Shown: positions 50,040 to 60,400, numbered from the stretch's first letter. The stretch is DNA of 64,000 nucleotides from Candidatus Entotheonellaceae bacterium (GCA_965238075.1 OZ250173.1:2272001-2336000); one strand, 5' to 3'. The notes: a model not told the origin generated them from the letters alone. A program made the numbers and translations.

Positions 50040-50077
50040 CGGAACCATGTTGTCTTCGTGGTATAACAAGGAGGCAA

Positions 50078-50106
50078 AATCTAGCAACTCGCCCCGGATG
50101 TGTCAA
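50078..50106 (-). promoter_or_regulatory. Sigma70-type promoter for the tRNA pair
   Basis: TTGACA-17nt-TAGATT, about 40 nt upstream of tRNA-Ile. Confidence 0.7.
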
Positions 50107-50193
50107 GCGCGTTCAGGGCCAACATCTCCAATCATATCCTCCAATGGAATGCCACATCATGCCCCCGAAAGGGCGGCTAAGGGAAGCGTCAGC

Positions 50194-51378
50194 ATGCCGC
50201 AGCCACGTCTGATTCTGCGCACAGGCCGCGAACAGCGCCAATTGCAAGGCCACCCGTGGGTCTACGAGGGCGAAATTGCCCGCGTCAAAGGCACGCCGCG
50301 CGACGGCGGGGTGGCGGATTGCTACAGCCACGATGACGTGTTCCTTGGGCGCGGCTACTTCAACAGCCGCTCCAAGATTCGCCTGCGGGTGCTCACCCGT
50401 CACATTGCCGAGGACGTTGACGACGCGCTGCTGCGCCGCCGTCTCGTGGCCGCGTTGGGGCGCCGACGGCGCCTGTACCCGGAGGCGACCAGTCTGCGGC
50501 TGGTACACGCCGAGGGAGACGGACTGCCAGGTCTGACGGTGGACCGCTACGGGTCGGCTCTGGTGCTGCAATATGCTTCGATGGGTCTTGACCGGCACCG
50601 GGAAACCATTGAGCGGTTGTTGCAGGAATTGACGGGCCTCGATTGCCTCTATGCGCGCAACGATCTGACACCGCGGCGTCTCGACGGCTTGGAGCTGGGT
50701 AAGGGATTCATCGCGACGCCGTTCGAGACCACCGTGTCCATACAGATGCATCAGGTTAGCCTCGAAGTGGACGTGGCCGGCGGGCACAAGACGGGGTTCT
50801 ATCTGGACCAGGCCGATAACCACCTCGTCCTGGGCGCCTTGGTTCCGGCTGCCGGCACGGTGCTGGATGCTTTCTGCTACACCGGCGCCTTCAGCCTGCA
50901 CGCCGCGGCGGCCGGGGCGGCCGAGGTGCTGGGCGTGGACAGCTCGACGCCGACCCTGGAGCAGGCGCGGCGCAACGCCGAATTGAACGGCCTCGGCGAC
51001 CGTTGCCAGTTCGAGAACGGCAATGTGTTCAACTGCTTGAGGCATCTGCAGCGGCAGGGGCGGCGGTTCGACGTCGTGGTGCTCGACCCGCCCTCTTTCA
51101 CCCACCAGCGCGGCGCCGTGGACAAGGCCCTCGACGGCTACAAGGAAATCAACCTGCAGGCGCTCAAGCTGCTGCGCCAGGGCGGCGTCCTGCTGACCTT
51201 TTCATGCTCGCACCACATTTCGCGCGAGCGCTTCGAGGCGATGGTGCAGGCGGCCGCCCGTGACGCCCGCCGACAACTCATCGTGCGGCAGCGTCTGAGC
51301 CAGGCGGCGCACCATCCGGAGGTCATGGCAATCCCCGAAACGAGTTACCTCAAAGGGCTCGCCGTCGAGTCGTGGTGA
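50194..51378 (+). CDS. rlmI: RlmI-like SAM-dependent rRNA methyltransferase
   Basis: GHPWVY PUA domain, EGDGLPGLTVDRY, GHKTGFYLDQ, VLDAFCYTGAF, LDPPSF, ETSYLK. Confidence 0.85.
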   Translation: MPQPRLILRTGREQRQLQGHPWVYEGEIARVKGTPRDGGVADCYSHDDVFLGRGYFNSRSKIRLRVLTRHIAEDVDDALLRRRLVAALGRRRRLYPEATSLRLVHAEGDGLPGLTVDRYGSALVLQYASMGLDRHRETIERLLQELTGLDCLYARNDLTPRRLDGLELGKGFIATPFETTVSIQMHQVSLEVDVAGGHKTGFYLDQADNHLVLGALVPAAGTVLDAFCYTGAFSLHAAAAGAAEVLGVDSSTPTLEQARRNAELNGLGDRCQFENGNVFNCLRHLQRQGRRFDVVVLDPPSFTHQRGAVDKALDGYKEINLQALKLLRQGGVLLTFSCSHHISRERFEAMVQAAARDARRQLIVRQRLSQAAHHPEVMAIPETSYLKGLAVESW

Positions 51379-51504
51379 ACCCTTTTGCTCCGCCCGCGGC
51401 GGTTGGCCCGCCCGCGGCGAATTGTGTATAGTGGCTGGCCCGCCGCGACCCATACCGCCGTGCGGGGCGGATGGTGATTTCGTTGCCGAGACGGAGGACG
51501 ACGC

Positions 51505-52500
51505 ATGCCCGCCAACCTCACACCGCAATACATGGAAGCCGAGCAACGCTTCAAGCAAGCTGCCACACACCAGGAGAAAGTGGCTTGCCTGGAGGAGATG
51601 TTGCGGGTTATTCCCAAGCACAAAGGGACGGACAAGCTCCAGGCCGACTTGAAGCGGCGGTTGTCCAAGCTGCGTCAGGAGGCTCAGAAATCGGGGGGTG
51701 CGCGGCGGGCTGCCGGCCCGTCAGTCGTGAAGGAGGGCGCCGGGCAGATCGCCCTGCTTGGACTTCCGAACGCCGGTAAATCCGCGCTGTTGGGGATGCT
51801 TTCCAAGGCCGTCACGGAGGTCGCCGATTACCCGTTCACGACCCGCAAGCCTATTCCCGGCATGGTGATTTATGAGAACATCCAGATCCAGCTCGTCGAT
51901 CTGCCGCCCATCTCCCGCGATTACATGGAATCGTGGCTGCAGCAGATCGTGCGCAATGCGGACGCGCTGCTCCTGGTCGTGGATTTGAGCGACGCCGAGG
52001 CGCTCGAGGCGGTCGAGTTCGCCTGCGCCACATTGGCCGAGTGGAAGGTGTTGCCGGTCGCTCCCGGTATGTTATCAGACCCGGACGACCTGCCGGTCGG
52101 CGTAGTGGAACGGCCAACGATGCTGCTGGGGACGAAATACGACAGCCCGGACGGCGAGGACTCCTGGGCGATGGTCGAGGAGCTATACGGCGAGCGCTGG
52201 CCGCGGCTGGCGGTGTCGGCCTTTGACGGGCATAACCTTGAGGAATTGCGCGCCGCGTTGTACGCCTTGCTGGATAAGATTCGGGTGTACACCAAGGCGC
52301 CGGGCAAGAAGCCGGACCTCACGGCGCCGTTCACCCTGCCGCGCGGCAGCACGGTGTCGGACGTGGCCGCCACGGTGCACAAGGATTTCGCGGTGCGGCT
52401 CAAGTTCGCGCGCATCTGGGGCAAGGAAAAGTACGACGGACAGATGGTGCAGCGCGACTACGTGGTGCAGGAAGAGGACGTGATCGAACTGCACGTTTAA
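51505..52500 (+). CDS. DRG/Obg-related GTPase with TGS domain
   Basis: [47 protein letters not shown]. Confidence 0.85.
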   Translation: MPANLTPQYMEAEQRFKQAATHQEKVACLEEMLRVIPKHKGTDKLQADLKRRLSKLRQEAQKSGGARRAAGPSVVKEGAGQIALLGLPNAGKSALLGMLSKAVTEVADYPFTTRKPIPGMVIYENIQIQLVDLPPISRDYMESWLQQIVRNADALLLVVDLSDAEALEAVEFACATLAEWKVLPVAPGMLSDPDDLPVGVVERPTMLLGTKYDSPDGEDSWAMVEELYGERWPRLAVSAFDGHNLEELRAALYALLDKIRVYTKAPGKKPDLTAPFTLPRGSTVSDVAATVHKDFAVRLKFARIWGKEKYDGQMVQRDYVVQEEDVIELHV

Positions 52501-52528
52501 CACCGGGACAGCCTGGGAAGGGGACATT

Positions 52529-53536
52529 GTGGCTTGCGTCGGCATCATTGCCAATCCGGCTTCGGGAAAGGACATCCGGCGCCTGGTCGCCCACGGATCG
52601 GTGTTCAACAACTACGAGAAGGTGAACATCGTGCGCCGCGTCATGCTCGGTTTGGACGCGGTGGGGGTGGACCGCATCGTTACCATGCCCGACACGTTCA
52701 ACATTTGCGGCAAAGCCCAGGATAATCTCAAGCTGAGCGCCGACGTGCAGCCGCTCGACATGCCGATCGACGACACCCAGGCGGACACGACGCGGGCTGC
52801 CGGGCGCATGCGCGACCTCGGCGTCGATTGCCTCGTCAGCCTTGGCGGCGACGGCACCAACCGTGCGCTCGCCAAGACGTGCGGCTCGGTTCCGCTCCTA
52901 CCGCTGTCCACCGGCACCAATAACGTGTTTCCGTACATGCTCGAAGGCACCCTGGCGGGCTTGGCGGCGGGCTTGGTAGCGAGCGGCGCGGTTGCGGCCG
53001 CCGAGGCGGTCGAGCAGCGCCCCTACCTGGAGGTGGAAATCAACGGCGAGGCGGCGGACATGGCCTTGATCGACGCCGTGGTGTGCGATGACCTTTACAT
53101 CGCCTCGCGCGCCGTGTGGGACATGAACAAGGTTCGCATAGTCATTGTGACCCAGCGCGTGGCGGCGCAGATCGGCTTCATGGCGCTGGCGGGCAATCTG
53201 CCGCCGCCCAGCCCGCCCCGGTGCGGCGGCATGGTTATTGAGACCGACCCGCAGGCGCCGCCGGTTCTGGCGCCGATCGCGCCCGGTCTGATCCAGCCCG
53301 TCGGCGTGCGGCGCTATGCGCACCTAGACTTCGATGAACGGGTGGAGTTGCCGGCGGGGAGGGGGACTATCGCTCTGGACGGCGAGCGGGAAATCGTGAT
53401 GCGGTCGCATGACTGTATTGCGGTGTGCCTGCGCGCCGCCGGGCCGCGCGTCGTGCAGCCGCAGAAGGCGTTGGCGTTGGCGGCCGAACAGGGATTTTTC
53501 ATGAGCGGACGGCAAGGGCGCTGTCTGGAAACGTGA
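52529..53536 (+). CDS. acoX: AcoX-like ATP-NAD kinase family protein
   Basis: VGIIANPASGKDIRRLVA, LGGDGTNR, STGTNNVFP, ALDGERE. Confidence 0.8.
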   Translation: MACVGIIANPASGKDIRRLVAHGSVFNNYEKVNIVRRVMLGLDAVGVDRIVTMPDTFNICGKAQDNLKLSADVQPLDMPIDDTQADTTRAAGRMRDLGVDCLVSLGGDGTNRALAKTCGSVPLLPLSTGTNNVFPYMLEGTLAGLAAGLVASGAVAAAEAVEQRPYLEVEINGEAADMALIDAVVCDDLYIASRAVWDMNKVRIVIVTQRVAAQIGFMALAGNLPPPSPPRCGGMVIETDPQAPPVLAPIAPGLIQPVGVRRYAHLDFDERVELPAGRGTIALDGEREIVMRSHDCIAVCLRAAGPRVVQPQKALALAAEQGFFMSGRQGRCLET

Positions 53537-53553
53537 GGGGCGGGGAGGACGAC

Positions 53554-54432
53554 ATGCCTGTCGAATATATAGAACGCATCCGGGAGAAATACGAATCGCT
53601 GAGCTATGGCGCCTATCAATGGGTGTTCAGTGCGGACACCCCGTCGTGGCATCCTTTGCCGAAGCCGCTGTCCGAGTGTCGGTTGGGTTTGGTCGCCTCG
53701 GGCGGCATCTACGTCAGCGGTCAGGTGGCGTTCCACTACCGCGACGACACGTCTCTGCTGTCGATTCCGATGGACGTACCGACCAGTGAGTTGCGGGCGA
53801 CGCATTTTGCCTATGACCTGACCGACGCCCGCCAGGATCCGAACGTCGTGTTTCCCATCGACACGCTGCGTGGGCTGGTTGGCGAGGGCGTCATTGGCAG
53901 CCTGGCCGCGAACGCTTACACCTTCATGGGTGGCATTTATTCGTCCCGGCGCGTGCGGGAGGAATTGGCCCCGCGCGTCACCGAGTGCCTGTTGGCTGAA
54001 GAGGTCGATGCCGTCCTGTTCGTGCCGGCTTGACCCGTGTGCCATCAGTCCGTCGGACTGCTCGCCCGCCACGCCGAGGCCGTGGGGATATCAACCCTGT
54101 GCATGACCAGCGCGCTGGATATCACGCAGGCGGTGAATCCGCCGCGCGCCGCCTTCCTCGATTACCCACTGGGGCACACCACCGGCAAGCCGTACCAACC
54201 GGTTCTGCAGCGCGAGATCCTGCTTGCAGCGCTTGCGGGGTTCGGCGAGCTCACCACCCCGGGGATGGTAAAAATGCTTCCCTTCAAGTGGTCGGATGAC
54301 CGGACGTGGCAGGAAACCGCGCAACGCGGGCCGGATGACCGGCGTCCGCGCTATGATACGCCACAGTACCAGTACGAGGAGGACCGCGACCGCGCCGAAG
54401 CGCATGTCTTGGCGGTTCAATTCACCGGGTAA
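53554..54432 (+). CDS. GrdB/PrdB-like selenoprotein (Sec at TGA 54031-54033)
   Basis: Two in-frame ORFs joined by TGA give VLFVPA-U-PVCHQSVGLLAR (UxxC); also PL.KPLSE..L.LV..GG, DPNVVFP and V.PPRA motifs. Confidence 0.85.
54046..54060 (+). promoter_or_regulatory. SECIS-like hairpin
   Basis: CAGTCC-GTC-GGACTG; loop G lies 19 nt after the UGA. Confidence 0.65.
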
Positions 54433-54472
54433 CCAACGGTGGGCTGGGGGAGCGCCGTCTACGAGCGCGGTT

Positions 54473-54510
54473 AGGAAAACCCCTCCGGGATATCCCGGAG
54501 GGGTTTTCCT
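54473..54510. terminator. Long palindrome, probable bidirectional terminator
   Basis: AGGAAAACCCCTCCGGGATATCCCGGAGGGGTTTTCCT, a perfect palindrome between convergent genes. Confidence 0.8.
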
Positions 54511-54575
54511 ACTGGAAGCCGAAAATTGACTCCAGTAGAAGCTGAGGAAGGAGTTGCGGGGCGATTAGGGATTGC

Positions 54576-56126
54576 TCAGCTTGCCTTGGCTTTGGCTCTC
54601 GACTTAGCCTTGGCTTTGGCAGCCGGTGCCGGCATGCTCTCCAGGGTTTCCAGCAGCAGGCGGATGCCCCAGCCGGTTGAGCCTTTGGGCACGTACGGCT
54701 TGCCCTCGCGTGTCCAGGCCAGGCCGGCGATGTCGAGATGCACCCAGGGGGTGTCGCCGACGAATTCCTTGAGAAAGGCACCGCCGATGATCGAGCCGGC
54801 CTCGCGCCCGCCGGTGTTCTTGATGTCCGCGAAATCGCTTTTGATCTGCTTGCTGTATTCGTCGAACAGGGGCAGTTGCCAGACCCGTTCCGCGCAGCGC
54901 TCACCCGCTTCGCGCAGCCGCGTCATCATGTCGTCGTCGGTGCCCATCATGCCGGTGGCCTGGCTGCCCAAGGCGACCACCACGGCACCGGTCAGGGTGG
55001 CCAGATCGATGATGCAGGCGGGCTTGTATTTTTCCACGGCATACGCCAAAGCATCGGCGAGAATCAAACGGCCCTCGGCGTCGGTGTTGATCACCTCGAC
55101 GGTTTTGCCCGACATGGCGCGCAGGATGTCGCCGGGTTTAACGGCTGTGCCGCTCGGCAGGTTTTCCGAAGCGGGGACCAGACCCACCACACGGCGGGGA
55201 TAATTCAGGCGTGCCAGTGCCTGCATGGTTCCGAGCACCGCGGCGCCGCCCGACATGTCCATCTTCATGTCTTCCATGCCGCCCGCCGGCTTGATCGAAA
55301 TGCCGCCGCTGTCGAAGGTCAGCCCCTTGCCAACCAGCACGATCGGTGCGCCGCTGGTACCCCGGGGCGTGTGTTCCAGAATGATGAAGGCCGGCGGTTG
55401 TGCGCTGCCCTGCGCGACGCCCAGCAGGCAGCCCATGTTCAGTTCTTTCATTTCCGCCGGATCTAGGAGCCGGCAGCCCAGCGACGTGGTTTCCGCCAGG
55501 GTCTGGGCGGTAGCCGCCAAGTAGGAAGGATTGATGTCGTTGCCCGGGCTGTTGCCCAGGTCGCGGGCCAAAGAGACGGCCTCGGCAATCACTTGGCCCC
55601 GCTCGGCGCCGCGTTGTAATTCCTTTTGGGCCGACGCGCTGGTGGCCAGGAGGGTCAGTTGCTCCAGGGCGTTCTGGCTGGCCTCGTCGTCCGCTGTTTT
55701 ATACTTCTTTAATGTATATAGACCCAGGAGGGCGCCTTCCGTAATGGCCTGTGCAAGCTCGGAGGCAGTGGCAGATATGGCGGGTGGCAATACCGCGAGG
55801 CTGGCGCCGAGCTTGCGGGCCGTGGTTGCGGCGCTGGCGCTTGCCTGGCGCAAGTGCTCCAGTTCGCGCGGCTGAGATTTCTCACCCAGACCCACCAGCA
55901 GGACCCGCGGCGCCGCTATCATGCCGCGTGTGCGGAGCAGCGCCGTGCTGTTCAGCGTGCCCTTGAAATCGCCGCTCTCGATATAGTCGCCGATCAGCCC
56001 CTCAAGGCGCGCGTCGAGTTGGGCCGCCGCGCCCCTCGTGCCTACTGTCGCGCCCTGCCAGAGTGGCACTGCTAACACGTCCGCCGCCACCGCCTCGGGT
56101 TTGTCTCGTTTAATCTCGATAAGCAT
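54576..56126 (-). CDS. pepA: Leucyl aminopeptidase (M17)
   Basis: VGKGLTFDSGGISIK, MKMDMSG, NTDAEGRLILAD, ATLTGA, HLDIAG. Confidence 0.96.
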   Translation of the reverse strand: MLIEIKRDKPEAVAADVLAVPLWQGATVGTRGAAAQLDARLEGLIGDYIESGDFKGTLNSTALLRTRGMIAAPRVLLVGLGEKSQPRELEHLRQASASAATTARKLGASLAVLPPAISATASELAQAITEGALLGLYTLKKYKTADDEASQNALEQLTLLATSASAQKELQRGAERGQVIAEAVSLARDLGNSPGNDINPSYLAATAQTLAETTSLGCRLLDPAEMKELNMGCLLGVAQGSAQPPAFIILEHTPRGTSGAPIVLVGKGLTFDSGGISIKPAGGMEDMKMDMSGGAAVLGTMQALARLNYPRRVVGLVPASENLPSGTAVKPGDILRAMSGKTVEVINTDAEGRLILADALAYAVEKYKPACIIDLATLTGAVVVALGSQATGMMGTDDDMMTRLREAGERCAERVWQLPLFDEYSKQIKSDFADIKNTGGREAGSIIGGAFLKEFVGDTPWVHLDIAGLAWTREGKPYVPKGSTGWGIRLLLETLESMPAPAAKAKAKSRAKAKAS

Positions 56127-56343
56127 GCCGTTCCCTCGCTATGCCGCGTTGTGAACCCTGTAAACGAAGGCACCCACTATACGAACTGGCATACGGCAAT
56201 TCAAGGCGCCGGAGGCTTGATCCGGTGGCTGCCGGCAGGTTTGCGCCGCGCGCGTTTCGGTCTTTCCAGGCGGCTCCGATTCAGCGCCGGAAAAGGAGAC
56301 TCCTATCCTTGTAACTATCTAATTTTTGTGGGTTAACGCTTCC

Positions 56344-56373
56344 TTGACAAAGGTTTTGGGGCGTCGCTATAAT
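56344..56373 (+). promoter_or_regulatory. Consensus sigma70 promoter of the yceD-rpmF-fab operon
   Basis: TTGACA-18nt-TATAAT. Confidence 0.8.
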
Positions 56374-56437
56374 GGGCGCTACTAACTCAACAGCCCGCAC
56401 TTCTTCTTATCCTGTTGATATCCAATGACTTGCAGAG

Positions 56438-57022
56438 ATGAGGGCAGAGCCCGTGGCGCTGTCACAGCAGGGTAGTGTTGCCGCTTTAGCGGTGGATATT
56501 CTTCGCATTCCGGATGAAGGGTTGCCGCTGGACGTGGAGGTCGGCGTGGAAGAATTGCGCTTGCCACAGGTGGCGGAGATTACCTTCCCGATTCCGGTGC
56601 GCATTCTCGGGCGCCTGACTCGGGTTGCCGAGCAGGTTTATTTTCAGGGCGCGATCTCCGGTACGATGAGCGCGCCGTGCAGCCGTTGCGTGGAGTCGGC
56701 GGCGCACGATTTTGAGGTTGAGACGCAGGTTATGTTTCTTCGGCCGAGCGCCGCTGACCCCCATGAAGACGCCGAGGCGGTAGGTCTGGAAGACGAACCC
56801 GACATCTACGTGCATGACGGGATGAAGCTTGACTTGGCGCCCCCGGTCTACGATCAGGTTGTTCTCGCCTTTCCCGTTCAGCTTTTGTGTCGTCCTGATT
56901 GTGCAGGGCTCTGCCAGATCTGCGGGGGCAATCTCAACGAAGCGTCGTGTGCGTGCCGCACCGAGAGCGGCGATCCGAGGTTTGCCCTGCTGAAAAACCT
57001 TTCATTTTCCGAGCCATCATAA
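56438..57022 (+). CDS. yceD: DUF177/YceD protein
   Basis: CSRC, LC..DC.GLC..CG.NLN...C.C, DPRF..LK; sits upstream of rpmF. Confidence 0.9.
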   Translation: MRAEPVALSQQGSVAALAVDILRIPDEGLPLDVEVGVEELRLPQVAEITFPIPVRILGRLTRVAEQVYFQGAISGTMSAPCSRCVESAAHDFEVETQVMFLRPSAADPHEDAEAVGLEDEPDIYVHDGMKLDLAPPVYDQVVLAFPVQLLCRPDCAGLCQICGGNLNEASCACRTESGDPRFALLKNLSFSEPS

Positions 57023-57056
57023 CGAGGCGCTACGCCGTCTGAAGGATATATTCCAA

Positions 57057-57233
57057 ATGGGTGTGCCAAAACGCAAGACATCAAGGTCGCGTCGTGACAA
57101 GCGGCGCAATCATCAACGTATGCACGTGCCGAGCCTGAGCACCTGCCCTCAATGCGGCGCGGCGCAGCTTCCCCATCGCATTTGCCCAAGTTGCGGGTTC
57201 TATAAGGAACGCGAGATCATTGCCGCGCAATAG
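57057..57233 (+). CDS. rpmF: 50S ribosomal protein L32
   Basis: Manual translation (58 aa, not in track): MGVPKRKTSRSRRDKRRNHQRMHVPSLSTCPQCGAAQLPHRICPSCGFYKEREIIAAQ. Confidence 0.97.
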   Translation: MGVPKRKTSRSRRDKRRNHQRMHVPSLSTCPQCGAAQLPHRICPSCGFYKEREIIAAQ

Positions 57234-57303
57234 GACCCTGGCTGCGGGGAAGGCGAGCGGGTTTCGAGTTCTCGGCGCCTGCCCTCGCAAGGTGTCATGA
57301 TCA

Positions 57304-58410
57304 ATGAAAATCGCGGTCGACGGCATGGGTGGAGACTTCGCCCCTCAGGCGATAGTCGAGGGCGCTGTCCTTGCCGCGCAACAGCACAACGCCAACATTA
57401 CCCTGGTGGGCGACGAGGGGCAGCTGGAGCGCGAATTGGACCGCTTACAGGCTCACGCGCTGCCCATCACCATCTGCCACGCCTCGGAAGTCGTGCACAT
57501 GGACGAGACGCCGGCCATGGCGCTGCGCAAGAAACGGTTTTCCTCCATCCGCGTGGCCATGGAGTTGGTACGAAGCGGAGAGGCGCAGGCGGTTGTCAGC
57601 GCCGGCAACACTGGTGCCGCCCTGGGCGCGGCGACGATGATCCTGCGGCCTCTGCGCGGCATCGACCGTCCAGCCATAGCGACGCTGTTGCCCACTCAAA
57701 AGGGCGCCTCGATCCTTCTCGACGTTGGCGCCAACGTGGATTGCAAGTCAACCCAGCTTTTCCAGTTCGGGATCATGGGGGACGTTTTTGCCAAGTACAT
57801 TCTGGATAAGCCAAACCCCGCCGTCGGCCTGTTGGCAATCGGCGAGGAGGATACCAAGGGCAATGACGTAACCCGAGAAGCCTTTCTCATGCTGAAGCAA
57901 AGTGACCTCAATTTCATCGGCAACATCGAAGGCAAACCTTTTTTCCACGGTGTCGCTGACGTGGTGGTGTGCGACGGGTTTATTGGCAACGTGGCGCTGA
58001 AGATGTGTGAGGGGGTTGCCGAGATGTACGGGCAGGCCCTCAAGACAGCCTTGACGCGAACGCCGTGGCGGCGCTTGGCGGCGACGTTGTTGCGTCCCGC
58101 CTTGCAGGACATTCGCCGCCGTGTGGATGCTTCCGAATATGGCGGCGCGCCGCTTCTTGGCGTCAACGGCACGTGTATCATCGGTCACGGCAACTCGACC
58201 CCCAAGGCCGTCAAGAATGCCATCCACATGGCGCAGCGCTTCCTCGAAGAACGGGTCACGGAGCGCATCCAGGAAGAGGTCGAACGCAACAGCGACATCC
58301 AGGATGCCAGCGGCGTCCGCGGCCGCAACATCTGGCGCCACATCCGCAGCACCATGTCATTCCGCGGCGAGCGTGAGGAAGAGGACGAGGAGGTCACGTC
58401 CGAACCTTAG
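57304..58410 (+). CDS. plsX: Phosphate acyltransferase PlsX
   Basis: IAVDGMGGDFAP, SAGNTGA, LDVGANVD, CDGFIGNVALK, YGGAPLLGV. Confidence 0.96.
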   Translation: MKIAVDGMGGDFAPQAIVEGAVLAAQQHNANITLVGDEGQLERELDRLQAHALPITICHASEVVHMDETPAMALRKKRFSSIRVAMELVRSGEAQAVVSAGNTGAALGAATMILRPLRGIDRPAIATLLPTQKGASILLDVGANVDCKSTQLFQFGIMGDVFAKYILDKPNPAVGLLAIGEEDTKGNDVTREAFLMLKQSDLNFIGNIEGKPFFHGVADVVVCDGFIGNVALKMCEGVAEMYGQALKTALTRTPWRRLAATLLRPALQDIRRRVDASEYGGAPLLGVNGTCIIGHGNSTPKAVKNAIHMAQRFLEERVTERIQEEVERNSDIQDASGVRGRNIWRHIRSTMSFRGEREEEDEEVTSEP

Positions 58411-58460
58411 CCGCCTCGCGCCGTTTTTTCTCCAGGTTGCAACAAGAGGGTCACGCCATT

Positions 58461-59372
58461 ATGGCCAGGCGCATCATCTGCGTTTTCCCGGGTCAAGGTT
58501 CACAATACGTTGGCATGGGCAAGGACCTCTGTGAGGTCGATGCCGAGGTGCGGGCCCTGTACGAAGAGGCCAACGAGGTTTTGGGCTACGATCTGCAGCG
58601 CTTGTGCTTTGAGGGGCCGGAAGACGAGTTGCGGCTGACGCAGAACACCCAGCCCGCCATTCTGGTGCATAGCGTGGCGACGTGGACCCAAGTGGTAAAG
58701 GGGGGGCTGAAACCCACGTTACTGGCCGGGCACAGCCTGGGCGAATACTCGGCGCTGGTGGCGGCCGGTGTGCTGACGTTTGCCGATGCGGTGCGCACGG
58801 TGCACAAGCGGGGTTTGTTCATGCAGGAAGCGGTGCCGCCGGGCGCCGGGAGCATGGCGGCGCTCCTCGGCGTGGCACGGCAGGACGTGGACGCGCTGTG
58901 CGCCGAGTTCGGTAGCGACGACGTTCTGCAGGCGGCGAACTACAACGATCCGGGTCAGACCGTCATTGCCGGCGAGACGAGTTGCGTCAAGGCGGCCACC
59001 GCTGCCGTCAAGTCGCGGCGCTTGGGCCGCGCGATTCCTCTGAAGGTAAGCGCGCCATTTCACTGCCGCATGCTGGCGCCGGCGGCCGAGCGCTTGGCTG
59101 ACGTATTGGCGCCTGTGGGTTGCGGAGACTTCGCGTATCCTGTCATATCGAACGTCACGGCGGCCCCGCACCCGTCTCCCGACGCCGTAAAGGAGCTTCT
59201 GATCGAGCAGGTCTGCGCGCCGGTACGCTGGGAAGAATCGATGTGTTATGCGGTCTCGCAGGGCTGCGCCGCGCTGCTCGAAGCGGGACCGGGGAAAGTG
59301 CTCGGCGGCATGATGGGGCGTATCGCGCCGCAGGTTGAGGTGATGACGGTGTCGGAAGCGGCGGCAGGCTGA
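58461..59372 (+). CDS. fabD: Malonyl-CoA:ACP transacylase
   Basis: FPGQGSQ, GHSLGEYSA, VSAPFH. Confidence 0.96.
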   Translation: MARRIICVFPGQGSQYVGMGKDLCEVDAEVRALYEEANEVLGYDLQRLCFEGPEDELRLTQNTQPAILVHSVATWTQVVKGGLKPTLLAGHSLGEYSALVAAGVLTFADAVRTVHKRGLFMQEAVPPGAGSMAALLGVARQDVDALCAEFGSDDVLQAANYNDPGQTVIAGETSCVKAATAAVKSRRLGRAIPLKVSAPFHCRMLAPAAERLADVLAPVGCGDFAYPVISNVTAAPHPSPDAVKELLIEQVCAPVRWEESMCYAVSQGCAALLEAGPGKVLGGMMGRIAPQVEVMTVSEAAAG

Positions 59373-59381
59373 GCGGGAAGC

Positions 59382-60128
59382 ATGACGGAATTGCAGGGTA
59401 AAGTAGCCGTTGTAACGGGTGGCTCGCGCGGCATCGGACGCGCCATCGCGCTGGCCTTGGGCGGTGCTGGTGCGCGCGTCGCCATTACCTGCACGCAGCA
59501 GTATCAGGCGGCCGAGGAGGTGGCGGCGGCCCTGAAAGACATGGGCGGCGAAGGGCGTGTGTATCAGTTCGACATTGCTGACTTTGAGGCCACGTCGCAG
59601 GCTTTTGACCGGATCGGCAGCGATTTCGGCGGCCTCGATGTGTTGGTGAGCAATGCCGGTGTCACGCGCGACCAACTCCTGGTGCGCATGAAACCGGCGG
59701 AGTGGGATATCGTTCTGCAAACCAATCTGTCGGGGACGTTCAACTGCAATCGCGCCGTGGTGCGAACCATGTTGCGCCAGCGTTCCGGGCGCATCATCAA
59801 CATTACCTCGGTCGCCGGGTTGACGGGCAACCCCGGCCAAACGAATTATGCGGCTTCCAAGGCCGGCATCGTGGGGTTTACCAAGGCGTTGGCCAAGGAA
59901 TTGGCGCCGCGCAACGTCACGGTTAACGCGGTGGCGCCGGGATTCATTGATACCGATATGACGCAAGTGCTGCCTGACGCGCAACGGCAGGCGGTGTTGC
60001 AGCAGATCCCGGCAGCGCGCTTTGGCACCCCGGAAGACGTTGCGGCGTGCGTGCTCTTTCTTTCTTCTGAGGGTGCGCAGTATATTACCGGGGAGGTTAT
60101 TCGGGTAAGTGGTGGCTTGGCCATCTGA
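59382..60128 (+). CDS. fabG: 3-oxoacyl-ACP reductase
   Basis: [29 protein letters not shown]. Confidence 0.96.
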   Translation: MTELQGKVAVVTGGSRGIGRAIALALGGAGARVAITCTQQYQAAEEVAAALKDMGGEGRVYQFDIADFEATSQAFDRIGSDFGGLDVLVSNAGVTRDQLLVRMKPAEWDIVLQTNLSGTFNCNRAVVRTMLRQRSGRIINITSVAGLTGNPGQTNYAASKAGIVGFTKALAKELAPRNVTVNAVAPGFIDTDMTQVLPDAQRQAVLQQIPAARFGTPEDVAACVLFLSSEGAQYITGEVIRVSGGLAI

Positions 60129-60154
60129 TTCCATCCGTATGGGGGAGAAAACGT

Positions 60155-60400
60155 ATGAGCGTTGAGGCAAAGGTGCAAGGGATTATCGCCGAGCAGCTCG
60201 GTGTGGATGAAAAAGAAGTCACCGAGTTGGCGTCATTCATCGATGATTTGGGGGCCGATTCGCTGGACACCGTCGAATTGGTCATGGCCTTTGAGGAAGA
60301 GTTCGACATCGAGATATCGGACGAGGACGCCGAAGAGATTACAACCGTGGCCGACGCCATCCGATACATTACCGAGAAGACCTCCGAAAAGACGTCCTGA
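60155..60400 (+). CDS. acpP: Acyl carrier protein
   Basis: [20 protein letters not shown]. Confidence 0.97.
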   Translation: MSVEAKVQGIIAEQLGVDEKEVTELASFIDDLGADSLDTVELVMAFEEEFDIEISDEDAEEITTVADAIRYITEKTSEKTS

